This document shows positions 29,896-38,019 of a stretch of 64,000 nt of DNA, in pieces. The position numbers were made by a program, and so were the translations under genes. This DNA comes from Candidatus Heimdallarchaeota archaeon (lineage in GTDB: Archaea > Asgardarchaeota > Heimdallarchaeia > Hodarchaeales > Hodarchaeaceae). The stretch spans positions 2,130,571-2,194,570 of the forward strand of contig CP070695.1 in the NCBI GenBank assembly GCA_020353515.1, given 5' to 3'. The stretch's first letter is position 1; each line of letters starts with the position of its first letter. Under the pieces are notes generated by a model. That model ran no database searches, was not told where the DNA came from, and saw only the letters and a program-made list of their open reading frames with translations.

Positions 29896-31266
29896 GTGAA
29901 GCAACCATCCCATAAACTTGAAATTACTCCTCTGGGTCAGTTTCTCTTACTTCTAGCATTCATTGCCAGCCTATTAGGCATGAACTTTGGTTTAGCTTTT
30001 TTGTGGTTACCTTCTTTTGCATTGATTTTCTATTTTCTCCCCTCTATTCGTTATTCCTTTGCAGAAGCCAATTTCACTGCTTTTCGAGTTTTTTCAGCTT
30101 CAACGGTCACATTAGGGGGTTTTCTACACTGTAGGCTACAGGTTAAGAATCTCCAAGAAAGTCCGCTTACTTTGACATTCGAAAATCGCCATTCTAATGA
30201 AATCATTCTAGTACAGGGTTGGACTCATCAAACAATTCATCTAAACCCTGGTGAAAGCCGTAGATTCTCTTTTATCTTCACTTTCGCTCATCGGGGAGAT
30301 TTTGAATTCTTACCTCTCCTCTTTTATCGTGGAGATCCACTTGGCTTATATCGCGAATCATATGAAATTGAAGATCCTGTTAATATACGCGTAATTCCAG
30401 CACGACCATATATTCGATTAGACAAACAACAGAAAAAAAGAGTTAGAGATATCCTATTAGGTCATCATGCTTATCGTCGTAAAGGTCAGGGAGATGAGTT
30501 CTTTTCTTTACGTGAGTATGTACGTGGTGATGAACCACGAAAGATTTATTGGAAAGCCAGCGCAAGACAAGGAAAGCTGATCTCAAAAGAGTATACCGAT
30601 CAGCTGGTTTTCAGGATACTTGTTGCCGTTGATATTAGCTGGACTATGCGTTCTAGGAAACTAGAATATGCATTAACCACTCTTTTAGAACTTGCAGAAA
30701 TGGCTGCAATAACAAACGATGCCTTTGGATTTGTGTTATTTGACGAGGAAGGACCTCAAAAATTCCTGAAACCGCTAAAAAGCCCCCGATTATATGAAAA
30801 AACGGCAAGACTCACATTTAACCAAACAGCTTCACCAAATCGTGCCCGATTTGAGGCCATTCTTCCATTCATCTTTGCATTGAAAGGTACACGAGGATTA
30901 TTAATCGTAATAAGTGATACTGAAGGTATTCTAGATGAGAAGATGAAAGCAATTACTATGCTAGCTAAGTTCGGTCACAGAATAATTTTTGTTGATTTAC
31001 GGGGAGATCAATTCGGTGTTGTCCATGCTGAACACTCAATCAAAGATTTAAACACCCTACAGAAACTTCAACATAGAGAAATAGTAAAGGAAAGGATAAA
31101 TAGGAAATATTCTCTTAGAGAACAAAAAATCCGTGAGACTCTAGATCAGATTCAGGGGACTTACCTTAAGGTTGATTCTGTGGATCAAAATTTACTTATC
31201 ATGCTAAGAAAAGAATTTGGCCAGGAGGAAACCCTATTCCCCCAATGGATGGTTAATTTGCAATGA
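29896..31266 (+). CDS. DUF58 (VWA-like) MoxR partner protein
   Basis: GDEFFSLREYVRGDEPRKIYWKASAR signature; MIDAS-like VDISWTM; IVISD. Confidence 0.92.
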   Translation: MKQPSHKLEITPLGQFLLLLAFIASLLGMNFGLAFLWLPSFALIFYFLPSIRYSFAEANFTAFRVFSASTVTLGGFLHCRLQVKNLQESPLTLTFENRHSNEIILVQGWTHQTIHLNPGESRRFSFIFTFAHRGDFEFLPLLFYRGDPLGLYRESYEIEDPVNIRVIPARPYIRLDKQQKKRVRDILLGHHAYRRKGQGDEFFSLREYVRGDEPRKIYWKASARQGKLISKEYTDQLVFRILVAVDISWTMRSRKLEYALTTLLELAEMAAITNDAFGFVLFDEEGPQKFLKPLKSPRLYEKTARLTFNQTASPNRARFEAILPFIFALKGTRGLLIVISDTEGILDEKMKAITMLAKFGHRIIFVDLRGDQFGVVHAEHSIKDLNTLQKLQHREIVKERINRKYSLREQKIRETLDQIQGTYLKVDSVDQNLLIMLRKEFGQEETLFPQWMVNLQ

Positions 31267-31997
31267 GTTCGACAACAAGCTCCCCATTAAGTCCTGAGTT
31301 AATTGGAATTTGGTCTGTACGGTCACGATCAAGATTTGAAAAAAGGATTCAATTGTTTTTTTTAAGTTCGACTGTTTTTAGCTTGTTGATAATTTTAATT
31401 GAAATTGTTCAGCAGATCAGTTTGGTTCCAATTGCAGCTTTTCTTATCTCTGGTTCCATAATACTTACTCTCGAGTTTTATACAAGTAAACACCCTGAAA
31501 TCACCGTTCCCATTAGTCAGGGGGTCATAATTATAGCTGCTTCTTATCTTCACTTCTATAATCTTTCTCAACAAATTGGTTTTCTAGATAAACCGAATTT
31601 CCCTCTTTTCCCAAACCTCTTTGGTATTATTTTAGGTATCATAATATTAGTTCGCTTGATTACAGGACTTGAGTTGATAAAACTAAAAAGATGGCATCAG
31701 AATGCCCGAACACCTCTTTCACATTATCAGGAAGAAGCTTTAACAATATTTCAGACAAATCTACTATTAACATCTAGTAGTATGAAACAGGAATTTCTTG
31801 AAGAATTACCTAGAGTAAAACTAAAACGGCTTATTTCCTATATTTTCTTCAGTATCAGTATTCTCTTCCTTTTCTTGATTCCTTTATGGCTCAATATATT
31901 CTTAAATGTCATTATTTATCCATATATTCTCTTAATTCCAGGGATTTTTGTAACCTTATTTCTCGTTCTTTATTTTTCCTCTAAAACCCAAACCTAA
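31263..31997 (+). CDS. Membrane protein of unknown function (about 6 TM), last gene of the operon
   Basis: Hydrophobic segments; ATGA overlap with the DUF58 stop. Confidence 0.7.
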   Translation: MSSTTSSPLSPELIGIWSVRSRSRFEKRIQLFFLSSTVFSLLIILIEIVQQISLVPIAAFLISGSIILTLEFYTSKHPEITVPISQGVIIIAASYLHFYNLSQQIGFLDKPNFPLFPNLFGIILGIIILVRLITGLELIKLKRWHQNARTPLSHYQEEALTIFQTNLLLTSSSMKQEFLEELPRVKLKRLISYIFFSISILFLFLIPLWLNIFLNVIIYPYILLIPGIFVTLFLVLYFSSKTQT

Positions 31998-32158
31998 ATC
32001 AAAATATTCATATATAATGCCAGATCAGAAAGATCTAACTGCAAATATTGAAGCTGAGGGGTTCCAAGTGTTTGAAGAAAACTATAATTCTCAAAATCTA
32101 ATACTTCGATATCAGTTAAAATGACCTCGATTGATCTGTGTTCCACCTTTAGAAAGCA

Positions 32159-33886
32159 GTGAGACAAGTGATATTCAAAAAATATCTTCAATTTTTATCA
32201 AAACGAGAGCCTTATCAAATTTCACTTATTCTAATAATCAGTTCGTATATTTTTGTTCCTTGTACAATTTCTTTTATAACAGACTCCTCCCTTAATCCAC
32301 AGATTTATACCATCTCAAAATTACAACAAACAAAGCCCCGACTAGACATGCATTTGAATAATCATCATAAAAAATCATTTACTCCAATCTCACATGAAGA
32401 AAATGGATATTTAAGCACAATTTTGACAAATACTTATTCTCCTGACGAGGTATTTGATGGTTACAATCTAATCATGTTTGAACAAGAGAATAGAAAAAAA
32501 AAGGGTGATAAAATAGCTTTCCTTCTCGTAGCTGATATAAATGGAAATGTTATTGCAAGTAAAGAGATTATTAAAGGTAATTATCTTCTTGCGGATTATT
32601 CAGCTGAATTAATTAACTCTACAACAATATTGCTGCGAATAGGTTCAGACTTAACTCTCTGGAATTATGTTAAAGATTCAATTCACACTTTATTCACTTT
32701 AGGAGAGGGACATCATCATGATTTCGAATACAATCCCTTTACAAATACTATTCTAGCTTTAAAGAAAGTTTATACAACTTTTCCAAATGGAACAAAGTAT
32801 CGTTTTGATGAAATAGTTGAATATAATAGAGAAGGAGATTCCGTCTGGTCTTTAGATATACGCACATTCATACCTCCATCGCATTGGTGCCCCTACCGTG
32901 ATATGTTAGGCAAAATTGCAGATGTAACTCATGCAAACTCCCTTTTTTGGGATGTAGAAACTGATAGTATATTTTTAAATCTTAGAAATACAAACACATT
33001 CTATAAAATTAACCACAAAACAAAGGAAGTGATTTGGGGAATTGGAGAGTATGGGAATTTTTCTCTTTTTGATATTAATGGAAATAAAAGGTCAAATTTG
33101 TTTTTTCATGCTCATTCAATTGAAAAAATAGCCAGAAATACCTTTATTCTCTTTGATAATGATTTTCACAATCAAACTGATAGAATGAATCAACAATCTC
33201 GGATGGTGGAGATTAAAATCAATAGTGAGACCATGACAGCAAACGAAACTTGGTCTTGGATTGCTCCTGAACAATATTATTGTTCTTATTGGGGGGATGC
33301 TGACAGATTACCAAATGGTAATCGTCTTGGTACGTTTGGAACAAAAAATCACCCAAATACCCATGTTGGCGCCAGAGCCGTTGAGATTAATGAAGAGGGT
33401 GAAATCGTATGGGAACTTTATTTTGAAAATAGTGATGAATTCACCTATGGAATTTATCGCATGGATCGCCTTCTATTTTCTCCAATTTTTGCTGAAGAGG
33501 AGGAAATGATTTTCTCTGAAGAGGAGAATATTACTATACAATTCAAAACTTGGTATAATTTTCGTTCAAAATGGAAAATTAATGGCTTATTTTCAATTTT
33601 TCTTAATGAAAAGGAAATTATTACTGGAATTCACACTTTTAATAAATTCTGGCGTCCTACAAATTTAAAGGTTGAGTTAGGGCCGCTTATAAAAGGTGAT
33701 CACAATCTTACATTACTATTGCAGGACGAGGGTGGACATAACACAATTCTGAGTGTTGATATTCTTGTCGGTGTCCATAACACAAATGATAGAGTGAAGA
33801 CCGATTTCTTTCATTTTTACCTAGGATTATTCTGTATTACCATAATATTCCGAGTTCTTCGAAAAAAGAACGATCATTACCCCTAG
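32159..33886 (+). CDS. Arylsulfotransferase (ASST)-like secreted beta-propeller protein with C-terminal membrane anchor
   Basis: HHHDF, THANSL, FHAHS, ILFDN, GDADRLPNGNRL motifs; N-terminal hydrophobic segment; C-terminal TM followed by RKK. Confidence 0.82.
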   Translation: MRQVIFKKYLQFLSKREPYQISLILIISSYIFVPCTISFITDSSLNPQIYTISKLQQTKPRLDMHLNNHHKKSFTPISHEENGYLSTILTNTYSPDEVFDGYNLIMFEQENRKKKGDKIAFLLVADINGNVIASKEIIKGNYLLADYSAELINSTTILLRIGSDLTLWNYVKDSIHTLFTLGEGHHHDFEYNPFTNTILALKKVYTTFPNGTKYRFDEIVEYNREGDSVWSLDIRTFIPPSHWCPYRDMLGKIADVTHANSLFWDVETDSIFLNLRNTNTFYKINHKTKEVIWGIGEYGNFSLFDINGNKRSNLFFHAHSIEKIARNTFILFDNDFHNQTDRMNQQSRMVEIKINSETMTANETWSWIAPEQYYCSYWGDADRLPNGNRLGTFGTKNHPNTHVGARAVEINEEGEIVWELYFENSDEFTYGIYRMDRLLFSPIFAEEEEMIFSEEENITIQFKTWYNFRSKWKINGLFSIFLNEKEIITGIHTFNKFWRPTNLKVELGPLIKGDHNLTLLLQDEGGHNTILSVDILVGVHNTNDRVKTDFFHFYLGLFCITIIFRVLRKKNDHYP

Positions 33887-34330
33887 ACTAGATTGGGTCA
33901 AAAAATAATTTTGCTAATTTAAAAAAGAAAGAATTAAGCTATTGCGCTTCCTGAAGGTTTTCAATCTGTAGCTATTAAAAGCATTCTGATTTCAGTTATA
34001 GAAGAGTCTTATCCTTGAGATCCAAATAAGTCACAATCCTCATTGAAAGGATAATTTTCAATCTCTTTTGGATGAATAACGTACATATTGTTTCGAAAAA
34101 AAAAAGGTGTATACTGATAATGATCAAGCCTTTAACAAGCTTAGGGTGTTTCTTGCGTATCGAGGATAGAAGGGTTTATATATTTGAATACTGATCAATT
34201 ACTTGAAGAAAAAGTGGGATATATTCAAAAACTAAGAATTATATTTGATATCACTTTTACATACGGAGCAGGACTATTAGTTCTATTTGGTATTATTTTT
34301 ATTTTATTCCTGTTATCTTAGAATTATCCT

Positions 34331-36436
34331 TTATTCTTTAGATGTGCTTTCAATCGACTTCAAAAGCATTTCAATAACAAAATGCACTTTTTTACCAGAA
34401 ATCCCAATTTTGGGAAAAATCGATGTACCTTGGTATAACTCTTCAAACCCAATCTCACTTTTTAAGATAGAAAGCAAAGGGAAAACCACACAATCCAAAC
34501 TCTGGTCAAAATTTAGAATAATTAACACGCCCTCGTTTAAATCCCTTATTTCAATGGTGTGGCATTTGGAACAGGTAAGAGATTTTTCCATATCAAATTG
34601 TGTGCCATTTATGATACCACTTGTTTTATGGGGGTACGATGCTCCTACAAGATTAATTTCAGGAGAAAATACAAGCTTTCCAAGTTCTAGAGCTTCTGAA
34701 AAGTTGATGTCATATTCAATGAGAAGTTTCGTGTTTTGTAATCGAAACTGTTTAGAGATTTTTGTATGAATTGACCTATTTTCTAGTGATATTACTCCTC
34801 TACGCATTAGAGTAAGGCTTTGATCTGGGTTTTGAGAGATTTTATAGATTTTGTTAGCAAAATTGCCAAGATCATTATAAGTATCATTTTGGAGAGAATC
34901 CTCTAAAACTTCAGTTAATAAAAAATGATCCTGGAAAGACCATTTTTCAAAGCGATCTTGGACACTTTGCATTTTAGTTGATTGATATGGTTCTTTCTGG
35001 CGAGTTAAAACATTTAGAAAATTGTACCCATGCTTTTTCAGGTTTAAGGCAAAAATTGACCCACCGAAAAGAGAGGAAATATAACATGAGACATATTTAT
35101 TTTCCAAAATTCCATCAAGTTGCCCATCTAATAACACATCTTGAATACTACCCATAAACTGGTCTAGACCTTCTTTACTCCGAAGCCTATCCAATAGATA
35201 CTCAGCTAGGATGATATGCTTGTGTGTGGAATGCCGCAAAAAACGATAGTAAATCCCACCAAATAAACCATGCCAATAAGTATCATTTGACTGAGAAATG
35301 AAAATTTTCTCCCAAATTCTTTTGAACTGATCTGGGGAGAGTTCTGGAAGAGATTTCTCTGTCGATCTTACTTTAGCTCTACAATGTAACATTCTTTTAT
35401 GCATAATATTCGCTTGAGAATATTTAATCAAAAAATTATGCCATATGGATCCTTTAGCAAAGGTTTTAATGTCCTTAGCTAATTTGGGTTCTATTTCGTT
35501 TTCATTTATACTTTTATACAATTTCTCTAAACGTTTTCTAAGAGGCGAGGGTAAAGCCCAGATCGCCATTTTATCATAACTACTAGTAGGGAGATAAATA
35601 AGACCCCTTGGATGATGTTCTTTGAGATAATCGCTAATAAGGATTGGTTTTATCCACGGGTTTGAAATAACTTCTTCAAAAAAACTGTTCATCCAGGGAG
35701 TACCATTGTAACCGTCAACGTAGCATATATCATAAGTTGTTCGATCACCAGCAGGCCAAACTCCCATCTTCTCCATATCAGAGATCATTACTATAATCTT
35801 CTCATGAAATTCGTCACACCCTTTCATTAAATATTGAATTGTTTCTTTAGAATCTCTCCAAGGAACTAGATAACGAATTTTCTCATTAATAGGAAAAATG
35901 GTTATTGGATCTCCTTGATCTTCAGTCATATACGCATAATATGTCTGCTGTTCAGAAAGTCCAGCCATTTGAAACAGGTAATCATCTATGAAAGTGAACT
36001 CAACTCTCATATTTTTCAGAATCGGAGGTAAATTTGGGACCCATACTCTCTCAGCTAACCAAAGACCTTTAGGGGAGATCTTGTAATTTTCCTCCCACCA
36101 ATCAACCATAAGTTGAATTTGTCTTTCCTTATCTCTATCAGGGATGACCGCTAAAATGGGTTCATAAAATCCTCCACCAATAATTTCAATCTGCTTTTGA
36201 TTGTGAAGAGTAACAATCTGTTCTAAATATTCTGGATGATTATCCTGAAGCCACAAAAGAAGAGAACCAGAGATATGTAGACTTGATTTAATTTCTGGGT
36301 ACTTACTAATCGTTTGAAGCAAAGGCAGATAAGCCTTTTGATATGCATTCTCTATTACCCAGGGAAAATTCCCAACGGGTTGATGGGCGTGCCAAACTAT
36401 AGGGAAGTATACTGTCCCTTGTTTAGGAGATAACAA
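34331..36436 (-). CDS. GH57 alpha-amylase / 4-alpha-glucanotransferase
   Basis: HAHQPVGNF, GGGFYEPIL, GLWLAERVW (nucleophile Glu), SDMEKMG, QSNDTYWHGLFGGIY. Confidence 0.93.
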   Translation of the reverse strand: MLSPKQGTVYFPIVWHAHQPVGNFPWVIENAYQKAYLPLLQTISKYPEIKSSLHISGSLLLWLQDNHPEYLEQIVTLHNQKQIEIIGGGFYEPILAVIPDRDKERQIQLMVDWWEENYKISPKGLWLAERVWVPNLPPILKNMRVEFTFIDDYLFQMAGLSEQQTYYAYMTEDQGDPITIFPINEKIRYLVPWRDSKETIQYLMKGCDEFHEKIIVMISDMEKMGVWPAGDRTTYDICYVDGYNGTPWMNSFFEEVISNPWIKPILISDYLKEHHPRGLIYLPTSSYDKMAIWALPSPLRKRLEKLYKSINENEIEPKLAKDIKTFAKGSIWHNFLIKYSQANIMHKRMLHCRAKVRSTEKSLPELSPDQFKRIWEKIFISQSNDTYWHGLFGGIYYRFLRHSTHKHIILAEYLLDRLRSKEGLDQFMGSIQDVLLDGQLDGILENKYVSCYISSLFGGSIFALNLKKHGYNFLNVLTRQKEPYQSTKMQSVQDRFEKWSFQDHFLLTEVLEDSLQNDTYNDLGNFANKIYKISQNPDQSLTLMRRGVISLENRSIHTKISKQFRLQNTKLLIEYDINFSEALELGKLVFSPEINLVGASYPHKTSGIINGTQFDMEKSLTCSKCHTIEIRDLNEGVLIILNFDQSLDCVVFPLLSILKSEIGFEELYQGTSIFPKIGISGKKVHFVIEMLLKSIESTSKE

Positions 36437-36466
36437 AAAGAATCCTTCAGAATTAGATGTGATAGA

Positions 36467-37255
36467 TTAGAGAATAAGATTCCTTAATTCAGCAACTTTG
36501 CCCTCTACTCTTTCAATAGTTGCAGAAGATGGTACATCAGGATTGGAATCCACTAAGAGTAATAATCCTTCTCCAAGAATGTAAACAAAGAGATTAGCAA
36601 TTCCTGATACAGCTAAAAAGAATTTTGGTTTCTCTAAGTGAGCTGCGAATGCTCCACGAATTGCACGAACAGCAGCAGGTAATATTTCGGCATCCATTTC
36701 ATTAACTATCACAGCTCCTGTAAATGACGAGATACAAGCCCCCCTTATAGCATCATCACTAATAACCCAGGCATGAAGACAATCTTCAACTTCCCGTTTT
36801 TGAGGAGACGACATGTACCGAGATTCTCCTGCCATGACGGTCTTGATAAATTCCTCAAATTCTTCTTTTTCAACCACAGATAACCTGACAGTCTTTTTAC
36901 TAAGTTTCTCCTCAAAATTTCCGATAAAAAGGCTCATTAATGTCCTTAATTTGAATTCAATGTCAAGAATTGAGGCCGAAGCTGAAGCAATAAGTGAAAA
37001 CATCCCTTCTGATCTTACAATACCTGCAATACGCATTGATGAAAAATCGATGTGAAAAATATCTCCATGGCTAATTGATTCTTCATCTAATCCTTGGGAA
37101 ATTTCGTATGCTGAGCTTAAGAGTGATTGGATTCTTGGTGGAGGAAAAGCTTTTTTGTCTTTTAAGTTTCGAAAATCTTTGTTTATTAACGGTTTGCCTT
37201 GTGAGCTAAAAACGAAAAATGCCAAAAATGTTTCAAGCTCATCAAACGAGACCAT
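36467..37255 (-). CDS. Longin-like + roadblock-like two-domain protein
   Basis: N-domain FFVFSSQGKPLINKDF...IQSLLSSAYEISQ...IFHIDFSSMRI (longin pattern). C-domain IRGACISSFTGAVIVNEM...LFVYILGEGLLLLV (roadblock/profilin-like pattern). ATG lies 1 nt after the GTPase stop. Confidence 0.7.
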   Translation of the reverse strand: MVSFDELETFLAFFVFSSQGKPLINKDFRNLKDKKAFPPPRIQSLLSSAYEISQGLDEESISHGDIFHIDFSSMRIAGIVRSEGMFSLIASASASILDIEFKLRTLMSLFIGNFEEKLSKKTVRLSVVEKEEFEEFIKTVMAGESRYMSSPQKREVEDCLHAWVISDDAIRGACISSFTGAVIVNEMDAEILPAAVRAIRGAFAAHLEKPKFFLAVSGIANLFVYILGEGLLLLVDSNPDVPSSATIERVEGKVAELRNLIL

Positions 37256-37256
37256 C

Positions 37257-37790
37257 TTACTTTTCACCTAGGATTAATTGACCCATTTGTAGAAATGCTT
37301 CTTGAACCCGAGACCCAGTCTTAGCTGAAGTTTCAAAGAATTCTTCACCACCAAATCGTTCTAGAATCGCATCCTTATCAGCTGGCAATTTTCCTTCTGC
37401 AATATCTTCTTTATTGCCAAGAATAATAACCTTAGCATTAGGACTTTGCTCTTTGATGTCAGCTCGCCAACGATCCAGTTTTTCATACGTTGGGTCTATT
37501 CGTGTTAGATCAAAAACTAGGAATACACCATGCGCTTTTTTTAAGTATAAATGACGGAAATTAGTGAATCCTGACTGTCCAGCAACATCCCATATTTGGA
37601 AAGTAATATCACGATCATCTATTGATACAGTTTTTGATAGGAAGTCCACGCCCAGAGTGATCTGATATCCCTCCTGAAAGAAATTATCAACATATCGCTT
37701 GATTAAGGATGTTTTCCCGACTTCTGGCTCTCCGACTAGTAATAATTTAAAGGCAAACTTGCCTCCTTTTCCTTTCTTATTTTTAGACAA
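37257..37790 (-). CDS. Rab-like small GTPase
   Basis: G1 GEPEVGKT, TLGVDF effector loop, WDVAGQ, NKED, ETSAKTG. Lys-rich N-terminus; no C-terminal Cys. Confidence 0.93.
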   Translation of the reverse strand: MSKNKKGKGGKFAFKLLLVGEPEVGKTSLIKRYVDNFFQEGYQITLGVDFLSKTVSIDDRDITFQIWDVAGQSGFTNFRHLYLKKAHGVFLVFDLTRIDPTYEKLDRWRADIKEQSPNAKVIILGNKEDIAEGKLPADKDAILERFGGEEFFETSAKTGSRVQEAFLQMGQLILGEK

Positions 37791-38019
37791 AGTTCGGCAG
37801 CTCCTATGTATGCACCGTATGTAGGAAGTACTTACTCGAGAAAAAGGCTAATATTATCTTATAAGTATTCCTTATATTAATAATATATTTCCATTATTCT
37901 TAACTTCTACTCCTGATATCCTTAAAAAGTAGTTGAAAGATATCACGTTCCGCACAAAAATATACTGTTGTTGCATTGTTTGTTGTGAAGTAAATCTTAA
38001 TTAGAAATAAGCTGGACGA

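Noticed and set aside
34287-34769. Antisense or overlapping ORFs in the track (also 2870..3085, 13253..13624, 15450..15779, 49309..49869, 51502..52144 and similar)
   Set aside because: They lie opposite or inside well-supported genes and have no motifs, so they are treated as shadow ORFs.
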